Assembly (NCBI GenBank): GCA_000697335.1
Contig: JNEM01008043.1
Span: 1 to 55,293 of the forward strand
Reading direction: 5' to 3'
Length of the DNA stretch: 55,293 nt
Source: Conidiobolus incongruus B7586
Lineage: Eukaryota
Shown piece after piece: positions 38,519 through 54,192 of this stretch; the first letter of the stretch is position 1, and each line of letters starts with the position of its first letter. The notes under the pieces were generated by a model, which was given only the letters and a program-made list of their open reading frames with translations, did no database searches and had not been told where the DNA came from. Both the position numbers and the translations under genes were made by a program.

Positions 38519-41209
38519 TTAAAGATAAATTTTAGAATAGGAATAAATGGATGAATACTATTCAGAAATGAATTTTATTATTGATAACTAATGTCAAATG
38601 ATGTATTTTTGGTATAAAGAGAAGTTAAATTGTTAAGTCCGTTAATACATAACTGAAGCTATGACTCGAATTAAGATTTATTATATTTCATATTTTGAAT
38701 CCATTTCATTAAAATACAATTATGGGATTTGATAATAATTCTTTAAATTTAGGTTAGAATCAAGTATTGATCTTATTTCGAATTTGAATATAACACAGCT
38801 AAGCATATATACTATCAAATCTAAGCTATTGTATTATGATTTTAATTCTGGAATTGAGTTAAAATCATATGGTATCACTTTAAAGTTGACCTATACTTTA
38901 TAATGTAAAGAATGCAAAAACACATATAAATCGAGTGTACTCAATTCCAAGTTTCATATTTGAAAATTTATTTTCTTATTGGTGCTTTTTACTCATTTTC
39001 AATGTATAGTATGTGATAATATTTTTTAAGATTATAAATACTTAAGTCAATTCTATATATAGCTATATTTTGATATATTTACTTTTATATTATATATTTT
39101 TATATTATCTTAATTTTATATTTTATTCATTTAATTACCATAAGAATTGCTTTAGAATCCTATACAAATGCCAACGCTTAATATTTTAGGCCGAAATTTA
39201 TATAATTTTATTAATCAAATATTGCTATTTTTATAACCAATTATGATCTCTCTATATTTAATACTTGCCAATGTTAACATATAAATAAATAAAAATAATT
39301 GTATTTCTGATGCTCAAAATATAATATTTAAATATATCATATATTTTAATATTGACTAGTGAATAGAGGAGATAAGGAATTATATATTAATTGCAACATC
39401 TCAAATAATATTCCCTAATATTTTTTAAGCAGTGTGCACCAGAAGTGACAGCTTTGAAATTTTTATTCTCGGATAGTAAGATTCACTTGACTTTAACTAA
39501 TCAAAGTGACTACTTTATTATAAATGGAATTTTTTTTCACAATTCAGATATACAAAATTTACTCTCTAATTTCTTCAAAATAATAATATGTTGTTGATAT
39601 ATCCTTATACACTATGTTAAGCAAAGGTTATTTTAAAAGTCAACCAGGATCAATTAAAATTAAACAATAAGTCAATAACGATTAAATTAGAAATATTTAT
39701 ACCTTATAAAAATATAAAAATGTCTTTAAAAAGTTAGTTTTACAATTTACAATGAATATTTGAAATTACTAAAAGATTTTAATTGATTTCATGGATAAAC
39801 ACATAAATTTGAATAAGAGAAACAACATACTAATAGAATGATATTGATATGTTTAAATCTGATATTAAATTAAATAATTATAAAGAATGTGTTTCCAATT
39901 AACTATTTCTTAACTTCTCCGTTTACAAAATTTGGATTTTGATCATATAATAAATTAATTATTCAAAATTTGGAAGGCTTTATCATGGAATAATATCAGG
40001 GAACGAAATATTCAAAACTGTTACTACCAGAGAATAGATCTTTATTTTTATTCAAAATTGGTAACAAATTTCAAGACAATGATCATATTGAATTTACTCT
40101 ATTATTAAATCAATATTATAAATCCAAAATATAATCAGAGAAATGTTTTTTCAAGAATATATTGTATTAGTTATAAAGTAATTTCCAAATATATCCCCTT
40201 ATAAAAATATATAATATTGTGAATTATGAATATACAAAAAAGAATCACTAAAATTTTTATATAATCTTTAAACAAGATGTATGAATCTGATTTTAATATT
40301 AGTAAAGATTTAAATTGGTATTAATGGATTAAATATTTTCGATCTGATACCAGTTTGATATAATATATCATCTGAAATAAACTTAATGAAGTTTTATTGC
40401 ATGCTTTTTCCTATCCAAAGCTTTAAAAATTAGTTGAAATTGTTGACTATCATATTATTCATTAATTTATCAAATCTGAATTATCACTATATCAAAATTC
40501 TAATAAATTTAATTTAATAGTCAATAATATTATATTAGTAAAGTAAATACTATCAATATTTCCCTCAGAAAAACAAAAATCATCATATTGATTTAATGAA
40601 ATTCAAAAATTAATATTTCTCCAGTTAATGCTAATCTATTGATATATAATAGAACTAAAAAAGGGAAATATTTTTTATGGCATATTAATTGTCTAAATCA
40701 GTTGCTCTCAAATGTTATTTATGGATGCCAAAATATAATAAAAGTATTTAAACTATACAAAGATAATATTAAAATTAATCTAAAATAATCAAAATATACA
40801 AATTGAATTAAATTATTTTTGATTGCTAATATTCCATATTCAATCCAATTTATTCAATCACAATTTTTTAATTTGATATGCCATTGGGAATAACATGTAT
40901 CTGAAGCCTTCACAAGAACATGGACTAGAAAACTACATAAAGTTAGTGGGATAGAGAAAATGTTAAACGTTTTAATTCTGTTTTGATTTTGTGGAATGGT
41001 GGAAGAAAAGAAAAATCATTTTAATTTGCAAATTGTCATTTGATTTATATAATATGAAAATATAAAACAGTTATAAATTAATAAAGAATTAAGATGATAT
41101 AAGATCAATAAGTATATACTATATAGTTTGTAGATTTTATGATATGAATATGATTATTAATAAACACTTATTATTAATTAACCTCAAATACTAACTAAAA
41201 TCAAATTTG

Positions 41210-41882
41210 TCAAATCCTATAAAAATTTTCAAAGCAATTAAGGCAAAATCTTTTAAGACAGCTGCTATACTTAGTACCCATTTTTCTGGCATGCGATGAA
41301 ACAAATGAAGCACCATACTTCCTGGATAACATTTTTCAATATCCAATGCAGTACCTACTAAATTTTTCTTTGAGTGATGGAATATCTCCTAACCGGTGAC
41401 CAAATTTTTGAGAATAAGAATTTTGTCTAAACATCTCGCATTTCGGGTGCTCGTTGTCGAAACAATCTTCGAAGTAATGTTGATGAGAATGACTACATAT
41501 CAGTTTGCCGCACTAGTACCATATTGGGCAACTGTCGGCCGTGAAGTTTAGACATAGGTTGGTAGCAGCCTATGCAATATCTTGGAGTAATATTTCTGGA
41601 ACCTTTCAAATTCACTAATCCAAGACGTTGTTTCAGCGTATTAGGGCAATACATATACCTTTCACTCTTTTTAATTGGCAAAAAAAGCATTTGAGACAAA
41701 AAATATTTGTCTCATTCATTACACCTAGTGTTGTCCTTTCTGGCATGCGATGCAGCAAATTTATAAACTCTGGTTTGTGAAAAAGTCCTGTAACAAGAAC
41801 AACGTCTCTTTCTGGTCAAACTTTTGATATCTGGAATTTCTTCAATGTTATAATAAGTTGGTTGAACTTTTATTTTATCCAT
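41210..41882 (-). pseudogene. Decayed ORF of three tandem Cys-rich repeats resembling the piggyBac transposase C-terminal domain
   Basis: RRCSCYRTFSQ..KFAASHARK..TRCNE*DKYF(fs)CLKCF; RYCIGCYQPMSKLHG..CGKLIC; RYCIGY*KMLSRKYG..FVSSHARKMGTKYSSCLKRFCLNCF. Shared DNA word tttctggcatgcgatg near 41282 and 41737. Confidence 0.5.
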
Positions 41883-42386
41883 TTGGATGTAATTCGTTAA
41901 AGTAAATTTCAAATATTAAATATTTAATATAAAAAATTCAGAGGATTAGTTATTAGAAAAATTATCTTAAAAATATTTATATTTATATTTACATATAAAT
42001 TGTGACAAAGTAATTAGTGTTTAATCTTTCAACTTTGGAACTTTAAATACGTTATAAATAGTTAACATTGATTTTCACTCAATGTGACTTGAATAATTTT
42101 CAAATCAAGTTCGCGTCATTTGTAATAGAAATCTCATAAATTATTAATCAATCAATATTATATAATATAAACTCGAGATATTTCCAACCTCCCTTTATAG
42201 ATAATCAAATAATCAATCATAAAAATATAGAAATTTTTATCAAAGTCACAAATATGAAATATACCAAATATAGACATCAAATTCAAACCCAAAATTTGAA
42301 TTTGATTGATCACCAGTATAAAATCAACTTATCACCATAATCAATTAATTCATATTTATTCTCAGTCCCAATAAAATTCAATCAGA

Positions 42387-43266
42387 ATGAATTTAGAAGA
42401 ATTTCAAAAATTAATGGAAGTGAATGATCTATACGAGATTTTAAATGTAAATAAGGACGCCAGTACATCTACCATTAAGAAAAATTATTACAAATTAGCA
42501 CTCAAATACCATCCTGACAAGTTACCCAATGCTGATGATTACGTAAAGGGCGAGGCGAGTAAATATTTTCACAGGGTTCAAGTGGCTTATATTATATTAT
42601 CTGATGAGGAATGACGTGCGAGGTACGATACCACCGGTCACATTCCAGAGTTCGAGGGGGAGAGTGGTGATGGTGATATGAAGTTAGATTCAATTAATTT
42701 GGGGAATATCGATAACTTCGCTAAGGAATATTTAGGTAATACTATTTTGATATGGTCTGATATGTCTAGTTAATATTATACGATGCTTAGACTCTGAACA
42801 AGAAAAGAAAGATTTGATCGCTCTAAATGAACAATTCGAAGGTGATGTTAATAAGATCATGGATAGTGCCATGTTACGCGAGAATGAGGATGAAGTGACG
42901 GTGGTTCAAATTATTCGTAATGCTATCGACGCTGGCGAGACAGAAGAATATCCTAACTTTAAATTGACTTTAACAGCTGCTCAGAAATCAAAATGAAAGA
43001 AGGCAGCTGCCAAAGAACGAAAGAAATTTCAAAAGGATCAGAAAGTTGACAAGGGTCAAGATCTTAAAGATTTAGCACAGCTTATTCTTTCCAATCAAGA
43101 GAAGAGATCAAGCAATTTCTTAGACGATTTGGAGGAAAGATATCGTAAACCTAAAAAGGGAAAGAGAGCTGAAAAACCTACTGATGAAGAAATTGATGAA
43201 ATCATCAAGAACCAGAAGAAAGCTAATGGTTCAAAAGGAAAAAACTCTAAAAAAGCTAAAGTCTAG
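42387..43266 (+). pseudogene. DNAJC9-like J-domain protein with two in-frame TGA codons (pseudogene or recoded gene); intron ~42736-42790
   Basis: J domain (DLYEIL..YYKLALKYHPDK), then SDEE*RARYDTTG, SEQEKKDL..GD..I and KSK*KKAAAKE..DLAQLI..FLDDLEERY, ending TAG at 43266. No frameshift. Confidence 0.75.
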
Positions 43267-43666
43267 TCAGCTTAGTAATTGATAATTATTCATTATAGCT
43301 ACATAATAGCTATTATAAATTATATGTAAATGTAGAGTATATTATATCTTGAAGCAAATTATTCATATTAAATTAACCGTATTATGCCTCTCAAATATGA
43401 ACAGAAGGATCCGTTTTCTAAATAATAAATTATTCACGCATATATCTATAATTATTCTGAAATAAACACTAATTTTGAGTGTAATTGATAATATTTTGGA
43501 TTCAGATTTAAGATAATTTTAAATTTGCTATGATTAAATATCATAGGATAATTAATAAAAATAATACGTATAAATTGAATTAGCTAAATTAAAATTTATA
43601 GGATATACAGAAATATAATATAATAAAGTGTAATAATAGTGGTAGTAAATGATAGACTTGAGTAAC

Positions 43667-46647
<2,981 letters not shown>

Positions 46648-46817
46648 TTGATACAATTTGATTAGTGAGATGAGTGTTTGTGACTGGTACCCGAAATTTA
46701 CGGATATAGAGTTTATTTATACCCGTTATTAAATTTGAAAATATGGGATTAGAATAATTGAATAGAAAAGGAATAATAAATAGTTTGGGATAATATATTT
46801 TTTGCAATGAAGTGACT

Positions 46818-47136
46818 CCTCACCTATCAAATATACTTACATCAATCTAATATAAGGGTCATCTCTCCTAGAAAGATCAGCCACTTTAACTCTATCTTTT
46901 GATTAGTTGATGATACAAGCCACCGGAAAACCTCATATATCCCCCTACCCAATCACTCTAAATAAAAACCCGGAATTAGAGCTATTCTCAGACACAAGAG
47001 CTCGAACTGAGTACTTCCAGATATCTGACTTAAACAAATAATCTCCCTCTCTCCCTAATAACTACCAACAATTCCCCACATCTCTCTCTTCTAGTCAAAT
47101 TAATCTGAATGCAGCTTCCCCAACTATTGTTAATAA
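46818..47136 (-). repeat. Dispersed element copy B (candidate 3' LTR)
   Basis: Homologous to 30332-30645 and lies downstream (minus strand) of the gypsy-like pol relic. Confidence 0.55.
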
Positions 47137-47589
47137 TACAAAATTAATAATTTGATCACCTATTAATTTTAAATTTCTCAAATTAATAATAAAAGAAAAA
47201 AGATGAAATATTATTTTTATCTTTAATATAATCATTCAATAAACATGATGCAAATATATACTTGATTTCTTATGCTATTTTATAAAGTATTCTCATATTA
47301 TATAAATAATCATTTTTTATATTGCTGCAGATGTTTCAACTCTCATAATTATACCATTAATAATTTTAATAAAAACAGAATTTATTCCGATGATATTAAT
47401 GAAAGCTCATTTTTAATTGCCATTACAATCCTTTTCTTTAAATTATGATTAACATACCATTAAAAAAATATTAAATAACAAATTGAAATTTATTTTGGCT
47501 ATAAAACTTGTTATTTTATATTTGATGTGCTCTGAATACTATTATGATTTAATTAAAATAAATTAAACAAATTTGATATGTAATAATGA

Positions 47590-48560
47590 AAGGTGACTTA
47601 AGCTCAGATTAGAAATTTAGATATCACACAAGATAAATGAAGAATATGCCTAATGCAAATCTAATTTTTCAATTTAAGCATACCCCTTGTTCAAAAATCA
47701 CTACAATTGTTTCCGCAAATCACAATTATTAAGATCAACTATTTTTTAAATATTGTATTTTCAAATTTAATCATTGGACATTAATTTTTATAGATTAATT
47801 AAAAATCAACATATTCTACTAATAGATTAGTTGTCCAAATTCTTACATTTAACCCCATGTTTATATTAACTTTTAATTAACTAAGCAATTTAATTTTTTA
47901 ACATTAATTAATTATATAAATAACATTAATTAAACTAAAAATTATGGTTCCTCTTTTCCTCTCAATGACTTACTATTCCTTCTATAATTATTCTTAATCA
48001 ATATTATTTTAAAAAAATTCAGGTTATCTTTATTAATACTGTAATAAAGTTAATAATGGGTACCACTACCAGCTTTAAGATTTAATCTCGATAGATAAAA
48101 ATATAAGTGACTATATGATTTACAACTCTAAGGATTAGGACAACTAGTTGAGTTATGAAGGCTAAATAGTTAGGTTTATTTTATGCAATATAATATTATA
48201 TTAATCAAATTAGATCAAATAAAGATTATATTATATTGTTATATAATAATGAATAATTTAAGGAGGAGGTTATAAAAGAAAGGGGTTTTATTATTAGAAT
48301 AAGAATATTAATTAAAATGAATTTTTATAAGTTAAAATATGGCTTTATTAACACTATAAGATGGATATCATACCTTTAAAAGCTATAGAAATAGAAAACC
48401 AATGGTTTGTAGTAAAAATGTAATTTTGATTAATAAACCCAAAAATAAAGCTTTTATAATAAAAGCCATAAATCTATTTAAAGGTATTTAGGAGTTTGTA
48501 GTAGTGTGGCTATTTAATAAAGTATCTTTGTAGTCATTTTCAAGAGTGGTTCTTTGTTTT
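47590..48560 (-). mobile_element. Highly decayed Ty3/gypsy-like pol relic
   Basis: Minus-strand fragments in the expected order: I*PS*LN*LS (cf. IRPSxSPWAS), YLSRLNLKAG (cf. YFSKLDLKxGY), FGQLIY** (cf. FLGLVNYY), SFILCD (cf. PFILETD). Many stops. Confidence 0.4.
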
Positions 48561-50820
48561 TTTATCTAAATGAACCAAATAACAAATACTGTGATTATAT
48601 TTATTTTAACAATAACATTCAAGGGTTAAATAAACTGACTGATATATTTAATTGATTATATTATTTCTAATTTAAATTGTCCTCTATATTTTATAGACTT
48701 TATTAATTGGTAACCGTTATATATTCTTTCAAAAGACAATTTATATATTACTTGAAATTTTGATTTTATTCTGTATTGGATTATAATGATATTTGATATT
48801 AATAGTTTATATAATCCATAAGGGTATATTTTTAAATAATTAATTATAAATTTAGAATTTATATTTATTTCACAATTTATAAAAATTACTCAGTCTGTTC
48901 TACAAAATGTTAATATTTTATTTATTTTGTAAAAGAGTATATAAATACCAGAGTCGAAATGTCAAAAAAATGTAATAAAAAAATATATTAATATATTGGA
49001 TTCCTATTTTAAGTATTTCTAGTGATTAGTTTAATGTGTTTAAATTTCCAAGAAAAATTGACCTCAATGTATCTAATTTTAATATATATAAAATTAATAG
49101 TGTTTGTATAATATTGCCTTATTTTGTGATAATATATATAATTAAATTTGGATATTGATGTAATTAATATAGAACATAGTATTTAAGTTATTGTATTAGT
49201 CATAAAATTTATTCAATATAATATCTTACAACGTTATTATTATTCTATGATGATATATTGATTACCTTTGATAATAATTAATAATAATTAATAACTGTAT
49301 TTAATATATAATATTTCTATATTTATTAGATATAGATGACATATATAGAATAGTTATAGACTATTTATTACCGCCTAAAGTTTGAGTAAAAATTTACAAA
49401 TTTATTTTAAAACTGTTCTATTGAGTATAATTATACTTGAATAGTTATAAAATATATCTTGTAATACTCTATACTGCTTATATACTCTAAGATATTATCT
49501 ATAAATAAATGAAAAATCAATTATACTAATGGGTCAAAATAAAAAATTGATCAATATTCAGGATAATCTACAAATTATGGTAAAATTAGAATTGATAAGA
49601 TATATAATATACATCAGAATATATAGCAGAGTTATATGCTTGGATTATAAAGATTATGTAAAGTAAATCTACAATAATTCCATTGGTTAATAAATACTAA
49701 AATAAATTTATAAAATAAGTGTAATTGATGAATATTACCAATTTATAAAATTCAAATTAAAAACTAGAAAATTTTTAAATTATTACTTTTGTTTAATTAT
49801 ATAAAATCTTGACTCTAGTATGATAAACTGAATTTCAAAACAATTAGATAGTATTATTTAATTATTAAATATATTGTATTCAATTGATACACTTATATTT
49901 AATCAAAATTAAGCAATTTATACCATTCTTTGAACAGTGACTGTTCCAAATTCATTTTATTTAAAAAATCACTATACTAAATATTCAGTATCTAATATTG
50001 TATATATCTCTAATACTATGTTTTGATTAATATATGGTATACTTTATACGATATTAATTTTACAATTTTTGACAATCTATAAATCACATCTTAATTGAAA
50101 TATAAGTGTTTGTATTTGTTATAAGAATTACTTTTTGATTTAAATTATAAAAATTATCAAAGAATCGAGAAAAAAATTGTAAATACAGGATAAAATACAT
50201 TTGGATTTTAGCATTATTTCAAAGTATAAAATATTATGAAAAAACATCGTTGACTTTGCACTAAAGTCTTTTTTTTTTACAAACATAAAATCTAAATTAA
50301 CAAAATCTTCGTGTTTGATTGAGATAATTTCATTGATTGTTCTATTAATAAGAAAAAAGTGAAATATATTTGATAATGTCATTATAAATTTTTCAATTTT
50401 TTAAAAAAGCTATCCCAAATAGTGAAATTCACTCTGTTCATAGAATGTACTAATATAATCACGATATTAATCTTTAATCGATATATTCCTAGAAAAAAAT
50501 TATCAAATATACTTGGTAATATAATAAAGTCATATCAATTTATATATAATATATATAATATATATTATATTAAAATACCAAAATATATTGATCTAACTTA
50601 TATTATTGAGTTAACCGAATAAAATATATAAAAATGATTTTCTAATAATTTAATATTGAATATATGATACATATATTTTTTACTTGATATATCATACTTA
50701 TGAAATTTTATTACAATTAAATTGTTAATATATTTTATATATTATAAATACTTTAATAAACTATTGACTATTATTTTATATTCAAGTTTTATAAGTTAAA
50801 AATTTAATAAATATCTCTAT

Positions 50821-50845
50821 TATATATATATATATATATATATAT
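50821..50845. repeat. (TA)n microsatellite; similar tracts at ~6295-6313, ~9452-9468, ~36120-36145 and (AAT)n at ~6632-6656
   Basis: Read directly from the sequence. Confidence 0.85.
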
Positions 50846-52101
50846 GCAATTAAATTTATATATATAGTTGATTTAATCATATTTGATATTTAAATTAGAA
50901 ATTCTCAAGTATACACAAAATGAACTATTATTTTGTGATATTTTAATTCCCATAGAAAACTTAGACATAATTGTATCATTTTATATGCTATTTGTGTATC
51001 ATTAATATAGTAGGGAATCCAATTAATACTCCAAAGCTATTAATTGTATTTAATACCCTAAAACACTGTGATTTATTCTATAAAGTTACTAATATATATT
51101 AAACTAATATATAATTTATAAGATATTTTATGTTCTATTAATGTGATAATGTATAGTTAAAAATTCTAGAGGACTATCAGAATGTCAAAATATATATATT
51201 TAATAAAAAACTCAGATACTTTCAATCTCGAGTATTAATAAGGAAATTTGGTTTCAATTTTAATAAATTATAATGCATCTAAAGTTAAATTTAAAATGGT
51301 TTGAATTCACATGACCATTTGCATCTAAATGATATAAAATTGATTATTGCATAAATTCAAAAGTTTTTTTTATTATTTCGTGTGAAAAAAAAGATATTTA
51401 AAAAGGAAATTAATTTAACAGTAAAAATAAAATTAATCCTTTACGGTTATTCAACGAACTTGATAATATCTACTGAATAATAAATTAACTATTATCATAT
51501 ATTTTAAAATTCAGAATCTTGAATAATAAATATCATTGCTATGATATTAACAAAAACAATAAATAAAAAGTTGGGGAAAATCTAAATTTGGAAAATAATA
51601 ATAATAATAATTATAAATTTAAAATTTCTGCAAATAAAAATTGTGTGATAGGTAGTTTTTAAGTACATTTTTGCATAACATTAATTTTATTGGGCATAAT
51701 AATTTATGAAATTTAAATTGTTTTTAAGTTTAAACCACTCAATACATAATAAAATTTTGACTAAATAAGAAGTTAGTTTAAGGGCGAAAGGAAATTTATT
51801 ATTATTATTAAGTTTGGGGTAATCTAGAATACAATTCAAGTGAAAGTTCAATCTAGTATTTAAAGTGATGTTTTGGCTAATTGATTCATCTGGAATCAAA
51901 TAATTTGGAAAGTTAAATAATATTAAAGAAACCTACTTTTTTAACATTTTATATTGTTTATAAATTCAATTTATTGATAACTTGATCAAGAACATTTTGT
52001 CATTCAAATAATCCAATATTTTCAATATATAATATAATTATCAATAATTTTGTTTTAATTTTATAATTGAAAATTATATTTTTATCATTTAATATCATAT
52101 A

Positions 52102-54192
52102 ATGAGTCAACAAGTTACTGAAACTATTGAAGAAAAACATAATCATGTACCCATAGAAAACGATGACAAATATGCCGTAAAGGCTGTTAACATTGATGCT
52201 CTCGACGATAGAGAGCCTGATGATGGTATTCCCTATCAATTCACATGGAGAGCTACCATCATTGGCTCTTTACTAGGATGTATAATTGCCGCAAGTAATA
52301 TGTATATAGGTTTGAAATCTGGTTGGACATTTGGTGCTTCCATCTTCGGTGCAATTCTCGGTTTCACTATTTTGAAGCCAATGGAAAAGCTTCCTTCCTA
52401 TCTAGGCGGTGGTGCCTTCGGTATCAAAGAAAATTGTACTGTCCAAACTGCTGCTACAGCCGCTGGTGGTCTTTCAGCTGGTTATCTTACTGCTATTCCC
52501 GCTCTTTTTCGATTGGATATTTTAACAAATATTGATGGTATCTGGGATATGATGTTCTTATGGACTACTGCTGCTGCTTTCTACGGTTTATTCTTTGCTA
52601 TTCCTCTCAGGAAATACTTTGTCATCCAACAAAAGCTCGTCTTCCCTTCCCCTGTCGCTGCTGCTGTCACCATCAGAACTTTACATGGAGCTCCTGGAGG
52701 TAATCCAGAAGAATCCAATATGGGACAAGCTCAAGGAAAAGTTATCATATGGTCTTTCCTCGGGTCTGTGGTATATAAAATCATTTCTTATTTTGTTCCT
52801 TTCATACTTGATTTACATCCTTTATACTGGATCGGTAGCGCTGCTAGTTCTCAAGTTTTAATGGATATCTCTTCTATGTGGAGATGGCATATTCAGCTTA
52901 CCACTGCTTTCATCGGTGCTGGTATGATGATGGGTACAAACACAGTATTCTCTCTCACCGCTGGAAATATCTTCGCTTGGGGTATCATGGCTCCTGTCCT
53001 CTTCTATCACACCGAAGGAATTGTTAATCACAAATCTCCTTGGGGCTTCAAAGTTGGTACTGATGGGACTGTTACACCTCAATTATGGTTATTGTGGCCT
53101 GGTGTTGTAATTATGATCTGTGCTAGTTTCACTGAATTGGCCTGTCAATATAAGACAGTTTATAATGGATTCAAGGGAGGATTCTTTTCTATTTACAACG
53201 TCTTCGCTAGGCTAATGGGTGCTACTCCTAAACAAATTGGTAACGATGATGGTAGTGATTATGATCCCGTCCCTCAAAGAGAACAAATCCCCGGCTGGCA
53301 ATGGGGTACTGGTATTGTTGTTAGTACCATCTGTACAATTATCATTTTGAAATTCTACTTCTCTATTGAATGGTACTTGGGATTACTTGCTGTAGTCCTT
53401 GGTTTCATTTTATCTTTCGTTGCTACTCAATCTTCCGGTGAAACTGATATCAACCCTACTGGTGTCATTGGAAAGACTTCTCAATTCATCTTTGCTCCAT
53501 TCAAGCATGGCAATCCTGCCTTGGACTTACAAGTCAACCTTATTGCTGGTAATGTTGCTGCTTCTTGCGCCGCGCAAACTGTCGATATGGTTGGTGATTT
53601 GAAGACTGGTCACTTATTGAGAGCTTCTCCAAGGTCCCAATTCTATGCGCAAATCATTGGTTCCATCTTTGGTGTGATTGTTGCTGTTGTTATCTTTTGG
53701 GTCTTCGGTAAAGCTTACCCTTGCTTCCTCAGATTGCCTGGCGAAAATGATCACTGCCCTTTCCAAGCCCCATCTGTTGCAGCATGGTATGGTGTTGCTG
53801 TTGCTTTGACTACGGATATTTCTAAAAGTGTTCCTCCTTCTTCTCAAATTGCTTGTTTGGTCTTCGGATTGGTTACTATCATTACTACCGTCCTTAAGCG
53901 CACACTTTTGAAGAAGTATGCTCACTGGATTCCTAATTGGAATGCTTTCGGTATTGCCTTGGTCAATCCTTCTCCCTACTTGTTGCTAGCTTCCCTTTAT
54001 GGCCTTGTTATTGAAATGATTTGGAAGAAATATCGTCCCGAACAACATAAACATTATAACATCCCCCTTGCCTCTGGATTAATTGCTGGTGAAGGCATTG
54101 GTGGCGTCATTCAAGCAGTTTTCGAAATTGCCGGTTTGGTCCAAGAAAATGTCTCTACCAATTTTGCTTGTCCTCCAGCTGGATGTGCATAA
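52102..54192 (+). CDS. OPT-superfamily transporter (YSL-like clade)
   Basis: Intronless 696-aa multi-TM ORF. QFTWRA, NMYIGLKSG, ENCTVQTAA, LVFPSP, GETDINP, DLKTGHL and ASGLIAGEG motifs. Confidence 0.92.
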   Translation: MSQQVTETIEEKHNHVPIENDDKYAVKAVNIDALDDREPDDGIPYQFTWRATIIGSLLGCIIAASNMYIGLKSGWTFGASIFGAILGFTILKPMEKLPSYLGGGAFGIKENCTVQTAATAAGGLSAGYLTAIPALFRLDILTNIDGIWDMMFLWTTAAAFYGLFFAIPLRKYFVIQQKLVFPSPVAAAVTIRTLHGAPGGNPEESNMGQAQGKVIIWSFLGSVVYKIISYFVPFILDLHPLYWIGSAASSQVLMDISSMWRWHIQLTTAFIGAGMMMGTNTVFSLTAGNIFAWGIMAPVLFYHTEGIVNHKSPWGFKVGTDGTVTPQLWLLWPGVVIMICASFTELACQYKTVYNGFKGGFFSIYNVFARLMGATPKQIGNDDGSDYDPVPQREQIPGWQWGTGIVVSTICTIIILKFYFSIEWYLGLLAVVLGFILSFVATQSSGETDINPTGVIGKTSQFIFAPFKHGNPALDLQVNLIAGNVAASCAAQTVDMVGDLKTGHLLRASPRSQFYAQIIGSIFGVIVAVVIFWVFGKAYPCFLRLPGENDHCPFQAPSVAAWYGVAVALTTDISKSVPPSSQIACLVFGLVTIITTVLKRTLLKKYAHWIPNWNAFGIALVNPSPYLLLASLYGLVIEMIWKKYRPEQHKHYNIPLASGLIAGEGIGGVIQAVFEIAGLVQENVSTNFACPPAGCA

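Noticed and set aside
39700..40800. Possible decayed LRR/F-box-like gene (e.g. HAFSYPKL*KL); similar texture at 28900-30000
   Set aside because: No continuous frame or diagnostic motif that I can support.
42612..42996. Selenocysteine reading of the DnaJ TGA codons
   Set aside because: Positions correspond to Arg/Lys rather than Cys, and no convincing SECIS seen downstream.
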